A model generated the notes under the pieces. That model was not told where the DNA came from, did no database searches, and saw nothing but the letters and a program-made list of their open reading frames with translations. Of a DNA stretch of 64,000 bases, positions 28,623 to 37,823 are shown piece after piece. The DNA is from Phycisphaerales bacterium (lineage in GTDB: Bacteria; Planctomycetota; Phycisphaerae; Phycisphaerales; UBA1924), in contig OZ245777.1 in the NCBI GenBank assembly GCA_965227775.1, forward strand, positions 1,920,001-1,984,000. Reading direction: 5' to 3'. Position 1 is the first letter of the stretch, and each line of letters begins with the position of its first letter. Position numbers and translations under genes: made by a program.

Positions 28623-28967
28623 GTCGTATCTCCTCATCCCACCGGCCTACGCCGATCGCGCACGCTGCGGACCTGTGCGAGCGGAGGCGGTAAGACGCCT
28701 CATGGTACCCGAAAAACCCGGCTGCGGATGCATGGAATGCCCGCAAACGCAAGGGTGTGCGGGGTTCTTTCGGATGTTATCCGGGCGTGTTGCGTGCTTT
28801 GGTACGCAGTGCCCGGGAGTGCGACCGGCCACGGGCTGGAGATCGATTAGAACGAGCCGCGTCGCGGCGGCGGGCCCAGCGTTCAGAACGGGCCTCGGTC
28901 TGTCCGGTTCTTGCTCAGCACCGAGCCGCAACCCCGCGTGATGTTCCAACGTCTGGTGGCATTCCAA

Positions 28968-29717
28968 TCAGGTGAGCAATGGTGTTGCCGAGCGCCCGCA
29001 CTCGGGGCAGTTCGTGATGCCCTCGCCGGGTTCGTAGCCGCATCCGATGCACTTGCCGCGACGGCGTCGTCGGCGGCGACGCAGCGCGAGCAGGCCGAGG
29101 CGCATCGAGGCGAGCAGAACGAGTGCGGGCGTGGTATAGAAGAGCAAATTGCCGAGCACGCCGGGCCAGATGGGGCGGTACGGGATGTCGACGTATCGCC
29201 GCCCGATCTTCACAGGCATCAGCCCGATCAACTCGTGCGTGCGGCCCACGCTCGTTCCCGTCGGGAACCCATAGATCTCGCGGCCTTGCGCCGCGAAGAG
29301 TGGCCAGCCCGCGCGGAGATACAGCGGATTGGTCTCGTACCCCGGATCGGGCACGCGTGCCATCGCGGGGCGCGGGTCGTCCTCCGGACCGATGTCCACC
29401 GGCATCGGGCCTGACCACATGTGGTCTGCCATCGCCTGGGTGAGTTCTCTCGGATACGGGGCGAACGGACCCGGGTCCCAATGCCAGCACTCCACGCCCC
29501 TCTCGGCGAAGCACATGACCGATTCGAACCGATCCCCGTGATCGATCTCGGCGGACCATGCGACCGGCTGGAAGCCCAGCACGAATTGCCACCTCGCATA
29601 CCTGTACGACGCCTCGTCCACGCTTGCCGCCGTCGCCAGCAGTCCGAGCGCCAAACTCGCGAGCACGAGCCACACGGGCAGCACACGGCGTGTTTGTTTG
29701 AGGCAGCGTCGTGGCAT
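28968..29717 (-). CDS. Membrane protein with C-terminal poly-Arg plus CxxC..CPECG zinc ribbon
   Basis: Two TM segments, PIWPGVLGNLLFY, RRRRRRRRGKCIGCGY...CPECG. Confidence 0.8.
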   Translation of the reverse strand: MPRRCLKQTRRVLPVWLVLASLALGLLATAASVDEASYRYARWQFVLGFQPVAWSAEIDHGDRFESVMCFAERGVECWHWDPGPFAPYPRELTQAMADHMWSGPMPVDIGPEDDPRPAMARVPDPGYETNPLYLRAGWPLFAAQGREIYGFPTGTSVGRTHELIGLMPVKIGRRYVDIPYRPIWPGVLGNLLFYTTPALVLLASMRLGLLALRRRRRRRRGKCIGCGYEPGEGITNCPECGRSATPLLT

Positions 29718-29723
29718 CGGTGC

Positions 29724-29969
29724 TCAGCTCGTTTCGTCCAGAGCCGAACGCAAGGCACGCCCGCACTCGGGCCTGGAGGTGTTGGTGCCAAGAGACACGG
29801 CGAGATGTCCGCACGGACCGCAGAGCAGGATCGCCCAGCCGGACCTACGCAGTACCCGGCGCACGCGGATGGCCCGTGGTCGCAGGCCAATTGCCGCGAT
29901 GACGATCCACGCCGCGGCCAGTCCGATCGGGCCGAGAGCGATCCAGCGGATGATCGGCTCGCATGGCAA
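29724..29969 (-). pseudogene. Short, degenerate membrane/zinc-ribbon paralog (possible remnant)
   Basis: TM segment, Arg-rich stretch, CGPCGH...RPECG with one Cys missing; weak TTG start just after an in-frame stop. Confidence 0.35.
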
Positions 29970-30011
29970 GGCTTACTCCCCGATGCTGCACACTGAAGAT
30001 GCGCCGGCGGG

Positions 30012-30617
30012 CTATGCCGGTCGATCGCTCGCCAGATTCGCCGCACTGAGCGTCGCACACTCGGGGCAGATGGCAAGCGGCCCGGCCGTCGCGGGCACCT
30101 GGCTCATGTCGTAGCCGCAGCCGGGGCAGCCGCCCTCGTTGCCGACCTTCCACGCGGCGGCGCACTTCGGGCACGTTGTCAGCCCGTCGGCGTCCGGTGG
30201 CGTCGTCAGCATCCACGCGGCGCACGCGGGGCACTGTCCGCGGGCGGCGAACAACATGGCGGTCGCCTGACGTCCGTCGCCGATCCAGTGTGCGTTCGCG
30301 CGACGCTTGGCAACGTTCGAAGTCAGGATGGCCGCCAGGATGGCGACCAGCATCGGGATCCATATCAACGCGAAGCCCCGCCACGGGAGCCCGGATGCGG
30401 CCACCATCGCCATCGTCGCAAGCAGAACGGTGAGCAAGACCGACACCAACCATGCGGCGAAAGCGATCTGCAGCAGCCGGCGCGATCGCGGATCGAGTGC
30501 GATCTCGGGCCGGCGGAACGGCAGTATCGATGGTCGCAGTGAGAGGTCTGAAATGGGCTTGCGCGCGTTCCCACGACTGTCACGGATTGACACGTTCTCG
30601 GCGCGAGTCGGTCGCAT
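30012..30617 (-). CDS. Two-TM membrane protein with double zinc ribbon
   Basis: CPACA...DGLTTCPKCAAAWKVG, CPGCGY...CPECA. Confidence 0.78.
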   Translation of the reverse strand: MRPTRAENVSIRDSRGNARKPISDLSLRPSILPFRRPEIALDPRSRRLLQIAFAAWLVSVLLTVLLATMAMVAASGLPWRGFALIWIPMLVAILAAILTSNVAKRRANAHWIGDGRQATAMLFAARGQCPACAAWMLTTPPDADGLTTCPKCAAAWKVGNEGGCPGCGYDMSQVPATAGPLAICPECATLSAANLASDRPA

Positions 30618-30653
30618 GGAGCATCATTCCCGACCGGCGGCGGCGACGCCCGA

Positions 30654-31979
30654 CTATGGGCAGCCCGCCACAAACTGGTTCTGATACTCGAGGAAGTCGA
30701 GGATGGTCAACTCGCCATCGCCATCGAGGTCGGCACGCAGGTCGCCCAGGTCGAAGCGGTTACTGAACTCGAGAAAGTCGAAGAGATCGAGCGAGCCGTC
30801 GCAGTCGATGTCGGCTGGGCAGGGGTTGATGCAGATGCCAAGGGGATTGCTCAGGGCGTCCTGCAAGTCCGAGTGCGTGACCGCAGTGCCACTATTGGAG
30901 CCACCCGAGCTCGAGCAGCCGCCGTGGGTGTGCACGCCGATAGCCAGGCCGGTCGTGTCATCGATGACCGGCGATCCGCTGTTTCCGCTGGTCGTGTCCA
31001 TGGCGTAACGCAGACGCGAGCCTGTGAATTCGACGAACGGCCCGGTGTGCGTCTTCTGTGCACGGAACCAGGTCGGGTCGACGCCTGAGCCCGTGACGCC
31101 GTGCCCGGTGACGCGAATGTCCTGGCCGGTCACCGGAGGAATGCTCGCGGCCAGCTCGAATGCGTCGCCCTGGGCCTCGAAAGGCGTGAGCCCGGTGTTG
31201 GGGTTGGCGAACGCGCCGCCGTAATACCAGTCACGCCCGACGCCGCTGGCGTCTTCTTGTTCACTCGTGCGATCGATGGCGTACTGGTGGTCGGGGTGGG
31301 GCATCACGGGCACGCCGCCGGGTGTCGACAGCGGGTTGTTGAAGTGGATCTGCGAGAAGCCGCAGTGGCCGGCGGCCAGCACGCACTTCATGCAGTCGTC
31401 GATGATCCACGCCGTGCAGTTTGCACTGCCGCTGGTGGTCCAGCCTCGTGCGACGCGTGGGTCGCTGGAGAGCATGCGGTCGTCGGTGGCGCCGCAGATG
31501 CTGTCGCCGCTGGCCCCACCGTGCGCCGGTGCGAGTGTGTACCCGGGCTGGACAAGGGTGCCGTCGATCTCGATGCTGCTCGGCTCGGCCATCGGATCGC
31601 TAAGGATCTCGACGCGGACGGCCTGCCCGTTAAAGAACGCGGACTCGTGCTGCCATTGCTGGACGTGGCGGGCCTCGAGGCGTTGCTCGGCGCCGTCGTG
31701 CAGGCCCGTCAGGCGGATGATTGTGGTGGGCCCTGCGTCGGGCGATTCGCCCAGAATGACCTGGCCGAAGTCGATGCGCAGCCACCCGGCCCCGGGGACG
31801 TCGACCGTGTGCTCAAAGATCGGCACGCGCCCCATCTCGTCGGCGGGCATGGCGTCGGGGTCGCCGCCCCACACCAGCCCGCTGTGCACGCCCACGGGCA
31901 CGAAGATCGGGTCGACGGGCTCCTGTGCCATCGCGGCGGCGGAGATCAGCAGGCACGGCAGCACGGTCTTTGGGCGCAT
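30654..31979 (-). CDS. Secreted trypsin-like serine protease with GC-type dockerin
   Basis: AAGHC (His), RDWY (Asp), SGNSGSP (Ser); C-terminal dockerin ending AGCP. Confidence 0.88.
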   Translation of the reverse strand: MRPKTVLPCLLISAAAMAQEPVDPIFVPVGVHSGLVWGGDPDAMPADEMGRVPIFEHTVDVPGAGWLRIDFGQVILGESPDAGPTTIIRLTGLHDGAEQRLEARHVQQWQHESAFFNGQAVRVEILSDPMAEPSSIEIDGTLVQPGYTLAPAHGGASGDSICGATDDRMLSSDPRVARGWTTSGSANCTAWIIDDCMKCVLAAGHCGFSQIHFNNPLSTPGGVPVMPHPDHQYAIDRTSEQEDASGVGRDWYYGGAFANPNTGLTPFEAQGDAFELAASIPPVTGQDIRVTGHGVTGSGVDPTWFRAQKTHTGPFVEFTGSRLRYAMDTTSGNSGSPVIDDTTGLAIGVHTHGGCSSSGGSNSGTAVTHSDLQDALSNPLGICINPCPADIDCDGSLDLFDFLEFSNRFDLGDLRADLDGDGELTILDFLEYQNQFVAGCP

Positions 31980-32053
31980 CCAAGGCTCCTTGCGCGAAAG
32001 TTAAATAGAAAGGCACTTCCGCTGGTGGGTTTACGCCTTGGCGTCCGGCCGCG

Positions 32054-32611
32054 CTACGCACGATTCCAGGCCCAGCCGCACTCGGGGCATCGCATGGCCC
32101 CCGAGGCATCAGGCTGCTTGCCGAGCAGGTCGTACGAGCAGCGTCCGCACGCGGCGATGGCGCCGACTCGCCAGGCGCTCGCGCATTCGGGGCAGGTGGT
32201 CAGGCCGTCGCCGCCTTCCGGTACGCTTCCAATGCCGTATCCGCAACTTGGGCAGGTGCCGTTGGCGGCCATCGCCCGCGCGGCATACTGCCGCCCCGGC
32301 CCAGTCCAGTGCCAGTTGTGCAGTTGGTTGAGGAGCAGATACAGGCCCACGCCAAAGACCAGCGAGATGATCCCCGCGGTCGAGGCGCTCTGGCGGCCGA
32401 TTGAGCCTACGACGATCGAGAGCGCGATGGCCAGCCCGATGACCCCGAGCCCGACGGTGCCATCGATGAACGTCCAGCGCTTCGCCATTGGGCTGAGCAA
32501 CTGCCACGGCGGCGTCTTCCAGGGCCAGCGCGGCGCGGACCCGAGTTCGGCGACCACCCGCACCCGCCGCCCGCGTTCGTCGTCGACCTTGGGCTCGGAG
32601 ATCCCCATCAC
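32054..32611 (-). CDS. Two-TM membrane protein with double zinc ribbon
   Basis: CPSCGY...DGLTTCPECASAWRVG, CGRCSY...CPECGWAW. Confidence 0.78.
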   Translation of the reverse strand: MMGISEPKVDDERGRRVRVVAELGSAPRWPWKTPPWQLLSPMAKRWTFIDGTVGLGVIGLAIALSIVVGSIGRQSASTAGIISLVFGVGLYLLLNQLHNWHWTGPGRQYAARAMAANGTCPSCGYGIGSVPEGGDGLTTCPECASAWRVGAIAACGRCSYDLLGKQPDASGAMRCPECGWAWNRA

Positions 32612-32617
32612 GACACG

Positions 32618-34030
32618 CTATACGGTCGCCGGGTGCGCCCCGTTCACCGCATCGCCGGCCTTGGCCAGATGCTCGATGAGATCGATCTCGCTGAGCACGC
32701 CAACGACCCTGCCCTCGCTGACGACGATCGCGGCCTGCTGCTCGCCGAACACGCCGTAGAGCTCTTCGACGCGCGCGGACGGGCTCAGGATACCGCCGAT
32801 CTGCGTTTCGATGTCGCGCACTGGCGAGGTGATGTTGACCTCGTCCTTCTGCAGGCCACGAAGAATGTCGATCTCGTGCACCATGCCCAGCGGCTTGCCA
32901 TTTTCGTCGGTCACGGGCACCTGGCTAATTCCGTGGCGGCGCATGAGGTCGATGACGTCGCGGAGCGACTTGTCCTCGTGCACGGTGATGACAGGGGCGC
33001 CCCTCTCGATAAGGTCGCCGACGACGCCAAGGCCGCGCGGCTTCTCAAGGAAGCCGTGCATCTTCATCCAGTCATCCCTCAAGTACTTGGTGATGTAGCG
33101 GCCGGCTGAGTCCGGCAGAATCGCTATGACGGTCTTGCCAGCACCAAGCCGCGTGGCCACCTCGATCGCGACGTGTGCCATGCCCCCTGATGAGCCACCG
33201 CAGTACAGGCCCTCCTCGCGGATGAGCCGGCGCGCCATGTTGAAGCACTCGTAGTCGCTGACCTGGTGCATCTCATCGACGACGCTGGGGTCGAAGGCCT
33301 GGCAGACGATGTCCTCGCCCAAGCCTTCAACCTTGTAGACATAGGGCGTGCTGGGCTCGCCGGTGTTGAAGATGCTGTAGTGCACGCTGCCGAGCGGATC
33401 GACGCCGACGATCAGCGTCTTGTGGTCCGAGTCCTTCTGCATCTTCTTGAAGTACCGGCCGATGCCCGAGATCGTGCCGCCGGTGCCCGTGCCCACGACG
33501 ATCGCATCGACCTTGCCGCCATCGGTCTGCTCGAAGAGCTCGGGGCCGGTCGATTGCTCGTGCGCCTCGATGTTCCACTGGTTGTGGTATTGGTCCATGT
33601 AGAAGGCGTTGGGGGTCTCGCGCGCCACGGCCTTGGCCCGATTCACGTAGTGCTCGGGGCTGTCGCCCGGCACGTCGGTGGGCGTGATGATGACCTCGGA
33701 TCCGAAGGCCCGAAGCGCGTCGATCTTCTCCTGGCTCATCTTGTCGGGCATCGTGAACACCGCTCGGTACCCGAGCGCCGCGGCCGCCATTGCCGCCCCG
33801 GCACCGGTGTTGCCGCTGGTGTTCTCGACGATGGTCCCGCCGGGCTTGAGCAGGCCCTCCTCTTCGGCCCGGCGGATGATGTGCCAGGCCATTCGGTCCT
33901 TGATGCTGCCGGCCGGATTCATGAACTCGCACTTGGCGTAGACGGTCCCGGCCCCGGGCGGGACGACCTTGTTCAGGCGGACGAGCGGGGTGTTGCCGAT
34001 GGCGTCGAGAATCGTGTCGTAGGCGTGCAT
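32618..34030 (-). CDS. cbs: Cystathionine beta-synthase with C-terminal CBS domains
   Basis: IGNTPLV, NPAGSIKDR, TSGNTG, GTGGT, LPDSAGRY, CBS pair (MRRHGISQVPV). Confidence 0.92.
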   Translation of the reverse strand: MHAYDTILDAIGNTPLVRLNKVVPPGAGTVYAKCEFMNPAGSIKDRMAWHIIRRAEEEGLLKPGGTIVENTSGNTGAGAAMAAAALGYRAVFTMPDKMSQEKIDALRAFGSEVIITPTDVPGDSPEHYVNRAKAVARETPNAFYMDQYHNQWNIEAHEQSTGPELFEQTDGGKVDAIVVGTGTGGTISGIGRYFKKMQKDSDHKTLIVGVDPLGSVHYSIFNTGEPSTPYVYKVEGLGEDIVCQAFDPSVVDEMHQVSDYECFNMARRLIREEGLYCGGSSGGMAHVAIEVATRLGAGKTVIAILPDSAGRYITKYLRDDWMKMHGFLEKPRGLGVVGDLIERGAPVITVHEDKSLRDVIDLMRRHGISQVPVTDENGKPLGMVHEIDILRGLQKDEVNITSPVRDIETQIGGILSPSARVEELYGVFGEQQAAIVVSEGRVVGVLSEIDLIEHLAKAGDAVNGAHPATV

Positions 34031-34184
34031 GGAGGATGGTAGGTTCGTGCCATCCCGCTCCCTAAAGGGCTGATGGGTCAATTCGTGCGACTTTGTGGGA
34101 GCAGACTCCGGCGATCGCTGGGTCGGCATCGGGTAGACTCCTGAGAGCTGGGAAGAACGGTGTCCGTAGGCCCATGGCATCAGC

Positions 34185-34987
34185 ATGCAGCACGCCGACA
34201 TCAACGGAGCTCGCATCGCCTACGAAGCCGTGGGCAATGGCGATCCCGTGCTGCTCATCCATGCGGGGGTTGCCGATCGCCGCATGTGGGACGCGAACGT
34301 CTCGGTACTCGCCGAGCACTTTCGAGTCGTGCGCTACGACATGCGGCGATCGGCGAATCCACGCTGCCACCCAGAGCATTTCGCAACCATCAAGACGCGA
34401 TCGGCGTGCTTGATGCGATGGCCATCGAGCGTGCGCACGTGGTTGGCATCTCCTTTGGCGGCCTCATTGCGATCGAACTCGCCCTGGCACACCCCGATCG
34501 CGTCGGTCGCCTGGTGCTTGGTGCGCCCAGCGTCCGCGGTGAAACGCCAAGCGAGCGGATCCGGTCGTTCTGGGACGAGGAGGAGTCCTTGCTGGAATCG
34601 GGCGATCTCGAAGCGGCCACCGAGCTCAATCTCCGGTTTTGGGTCGACGGCCCGCACCGCCAGCCCGACCAAGTCGACCCCGATGTCCGCGAGTTGGTGC
34701 GTGCCATGCAGATGGCCGCGTTTGAGGTGCCCGAGCCCGAGGGCCCCGAGGTCGACGAGATCGAGCCAGATCCGCCCGCGATCACCCGGCTGGCCGAGCT
34801 GACGATGCCAACCCTCGTGCTGTGCGGAGAACTCGACCTGCCCGAGAAGATCGAGACCGCGAGAGCATTGGGCACTGAACTGCCCAATGCCAGGGTTGAG
34901 ACTTTTACCGGCGTCGCGCACATGTTGAACATGGAGCGGCCAGAACTCCTCAATCGCCTTGTTGCGGACTTCCTGCTCTCTTCTTAG
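34185..34987 (+). pseudogene. Alpha/beta hydrolase, frameshifted near 34345
   Basis: N-part (PVLLIHAG...RYDMR) in one frame; GES...GISFGG...GELD...AHMLNME in another; one base missing from the expected D-x-R-G-x-G-x-S motif. Confidence 0.8.
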
Positions 34988-35014
34988 CCAGCCGAATCGC
35001 CGATACCATGTATC

Positions 35015-36043
35015 ATGGCAATCTCCGACGCCAACCTCGATGCCCCCGCCCGCATCTTCACACTCACGCTCAACCCGTGCATCGACATGGGCGTCGAGGT
35101 GAGGAAGGTCGAGCCCGAGCACAAGCTCCGCTGCGAGCAGCCACGCCGTGAGCCCGGTGGTGGTGGGCTGAATGTCACGCGGGCCATCGCAGAGATCGGT
35201 GGCAAGTCGACCGCCGTCTTTCCCGCCGGCGGCAAGACTGGTGATCTGCTCAAGTTCTTGGTCGGCTTCTACTGCACGGGCAAGGCATGCGACCAGCGCG
35301 GCGTGCCCGTCCAGGCCCCGACGCGTGAGAACGTCATCGTCACGGAGACGAGCACGGGCGACCAGTTCCGATTCAACATGCCCGGAGCCGAACTCAACGA
35401 CGATGAGGCCGAGGCTTGCCTCGAGGCACTCGTCGACGGCGTTGGCTCGATCGAGGGGGGGGGGCTTGCGGTGATCAGCGGCAGCCTGCCGCCCGGCGTC
35501 GAGCCACCGTTCGTGCGCACGATCATTGAACGTGTCCGTGCCGTTGGGGGTCGCGTCGTCGTCGATAGCTCGGGGCCGGCGCTCCGCGAAGCACTTGGCA
35601 TGGGCGTGTGCATGGTCAAGCCCAACCGGCGCGAACTCGCTGATGCGGTGGGGGGCATGAATCCAGACGAGTCGAACCCCGCCGTCGTCGGCGCTGCGGC
35701 GATCGAACTGGCGCAGAAGCACAACATCACCTACGTGCTCGTCAGCATGGGCGGGGATGGCGCCGTCCTCGCGATGAAGGATGGCTACGCCCACTGCCCG
35801 GCACCAAAAGTCGACGTCAAGAGCGCAACCGGAGCCGGAGACAGCATGGTCGCGGCGGCCGTGCTGGCCATCGAGCGCGGCTGTTCGCCCGAGGAGATCC
35901 TCCGCAACGGCGTGGCCGCCGGCGCCGCCGCCGCCATCACGCCCGGTACCGAGCTGCTCAAGCGCCCAGACTTCGAGCGGTTGCGCGACTCGTTGCCCAT
36001 GCCCACGATGAATCGCTCGGTACCCGCCAAGGCCAAGGCATGA
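35015..36043 (+). CDS. pfkB: 1-phosphofructokinase-family (PfkB) sugar kinase
   Basis: TLTLNPCID, PGGGGLNV, SGSLPPG, KPNRREL, GAGDSMVA. Confidence 0.9.
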   Translation: MAISDANLDAPARIFTLTLNPCIDMGVEVRKVEPEHKLRCEQPRREPGGGGLNVTRAIAEIGGKSTAVFPAGGKTGDLLKFLVGFYCTGKACDQRGVPVQAPTRENVIVTETSTGDQFRFNMPGAELNDDEAEACLEALVDGVGSIEGGGLAVISGSLPPGVEPPFVRTIIERVRAVGGRVVVDSSGPALREALGMGVCMVKPNRRELADAVGGMNPDESNPAVVGAAAIELAQKHNITYVLVSMGGDGAVLAMKDGYAHCPAPKVDVKSATGAGDSMVAAAVLAIERGCSPEEILRNGVAAGAAAAITPGTELLKRPDFERLRDSLPMPTMNRSVPAKAKA

Positions 36044-36246
36044 CGGAGGACAATCGTCATCCTGAGGACAAACCCGGCCTGATGCGTTCGCTGGGCGCCT
36101 TTGTCGGCGAGATCGTGAAGGCTGTCAAGACCGATCCCAAGGAATCGCCACCGCCGCGCGAGATCGGTGACAACGACGAGGTCATCCTGCGTCGAACGAC
36201 CACGACCGTCGACGAGGTTCGCATTCGCAAGAGCGACGACGCCTGA
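36040..36246 (+). CDS. Small hypothetical protein
   Basis: ATGA overlap with pfkB; amphipathic helix LMRSLGAFVGEIVKAV. Confidence 0.6.
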   Translation: MTEDNRHPEDKPGLMRSLGAFVGEIVKAVKTDPKESPPPREIGDNDEVILRRTTTTVDEVRIRKSDDA

Positions 36247-36252
36247 GGTCAC

Positions 36253-37776
36253 TCAGAGCTTGTACACCTCGCGGAGTTTGCCGCCCAGGTAATCCATGAG
36301 CGGCTGGCTCTCGAGCGGCCGCCCGGTGACCTTCTCACACAGCTCGCCCGCGCCGTATCTCCGGCCGTGCGAGTGAATGCTCTTGTTGAGCCACTGCTTG
36401 AGGCGGCCAAAGTCGCCCTTGGCAAACTCGTCTTCGAGCCCCGGCAACTCCTTGTTGATGGTTTGCCAGAACTGGGCGGCGTAGAGATTACCGAGCGTGT
36501 AGGTCGGAAAGTAGCCAAACAGACCAAAGCTCCAATGCACGTCCTGCAGGCAACCGTTGGTGTCGTCGGGCACGTCCAGGCCCAGCAACTCCTTGAACCG
36601 CGCGTTCCACGCGCCCGGAAGATCGGCGACCGACAAGTCGCCCGAGAGCATCGCCCGCTCGATGCCGAACCGCAGCATCACGTGCAGGTTGTACGTGCCC
36701 TCGTCGGCCTCGACGCGGATGAACGTCGGCCGCACGATGTTGACCGCTCGGTACACCTCTTCCTGATCGAACCTGCCAAGCTCGGCGAACTGGTCGCATG
36801 TTTCCTTGTAGATCCACGCCCAGAACGGCCGGCTGCGGCCGACCATGTTCTCCCACATCCGGCTCTGGCTCTCATGGATGCCCAGCGAGATGCTGTCGGC
36901 CAGCGGCGTCCCGAAGGATTCGACTTTGGCGCCGCCGGGGCCTTCGTGCGCGCCACCCTTGGGTAGGCCCTGCTCGTACATGCCGTGGCCGGCCTCGTGC
37001 ATCGTGCCGTAGAGCGCGCCCGGGAAGTACTTCTCGTCGTAGCGCGTCGTTAGCCGCGTATCGCCCGGCGCGAGCCCTTCGCAGAACGGGTGCGTCGTGA
37101 TGTCCAGCCTGCCCGCATCAAGATCGAATCCGATCGCCTTGAGCACATGCATGCCGAGCGCGTGCTGGCGATCTTCTGGCGCGTGAACCTGCGTCGGCGC
37201 ATCGTCCGGGGACGTACCGCTTTCGGTGAGTTCCTTCACGAGCGCCGAGAGCTTTTCACCCAGCGGCGTGAAGACGGCCTCGACCTCCTTAGCCGTCGCG
37301 TTGGGCTCGTACTCGTCGAGCAGCGCGTCGTACAACTCGCCCTCGTAGCCGTAAGCCTGTGCCTTCTGCCGTGAGAGTTCGACCATCTTACTCAGCCAGG
37401 GTTCGAAGGTCTTGAAGTCGTTGTTCTTGCGCGCGTCCTTCCAGACGTCCTGCGCCTTGCTGCCAGTGCGCGCGAGCTCTTCGACCAGCGACTTGGGGAG
37501 CTTCGTTTGCTTGTCGTAGTCTCGCTTGAACTCACGTACGCAGGCGGCCTGCTGGTCGTTCAGCCCTTCGCTCCCAGCCGCCGAGATCAGATCTCCAAAC
37601 TCATTTGACGTGCCGCGCTCGTGCACCATGCCGGCCAGCAAGGCCATCTGCTCGGCTCGTGACTCGCCGCCGCCTCTGGGCATGTAGGTTTCTTGATCCC
37701 ACGCAAGCAAGGCAGCAATGGATCGGAGCGTTGCTCCCTGACGCGCGTAGGCGCACAACTCGGCGTACTTCGACAT
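36253..37776 (-). CDS. Carboxypeptidase M32 (Taq-type)
   Basis: WDQETYMP, HPF, HEAGH..YEQ, IHESQSR, IRVEADE, LQDVHW. Confidence 0.95.
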   Translation of the reverse strand: MSKYAELCAYARQGATLRSIAALLAWDQETYMPRGGGESRAEQMALLAGMVHERGTSNEFGDLISAAGSEGLNDQQAACVREFKRDYDKQTKLPKSLVEELARTGSKAQDVWKDARKNNDFKTFEPWLSKMVELSRQKAQAYGYEGELYDALLDEYEPNATAKEVEAVFTPLGEKLSALVKELTESGTSPDDAPTQVHAPEDRQHALGMHVLKAIGFDLDAGRLDITTHPFCEGLAPGDTRLTTRYDEKYFPGALYGTMHEAGHGMYEQGLPKGGAHEGPGGAKVESFGTPLADSISLGIHESQSRMWENMVGRSRPFWAWIYKETCDQFAELGRFDQEEVYRAVNIVRPTFIRVEADEGTYNLHVMLRFGIERAMLSGDLSVADLPGAWNARFKELLGLDVPDDTNGCLQDVHWSFGLFGYFPTYTLGNLYAAQFWQTINKELPGLEDEFAKGDFGRLKQWLNKSIHSHGRRYGAGELCEKVTGRPLESQPLMDYLGGKLREVYKL

Positions 37777-37823
37777 GCGGTTCTCTCCGAAGGGATTCTA
37801 AAGATCGAATAAAGTGAAGCGAA

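Noticed and set aside
34031..34184. SAM riboswitch upstream of cbs (and similarly upstream of metB)
   Set aside because: No SAM-I/II consensus elements seen
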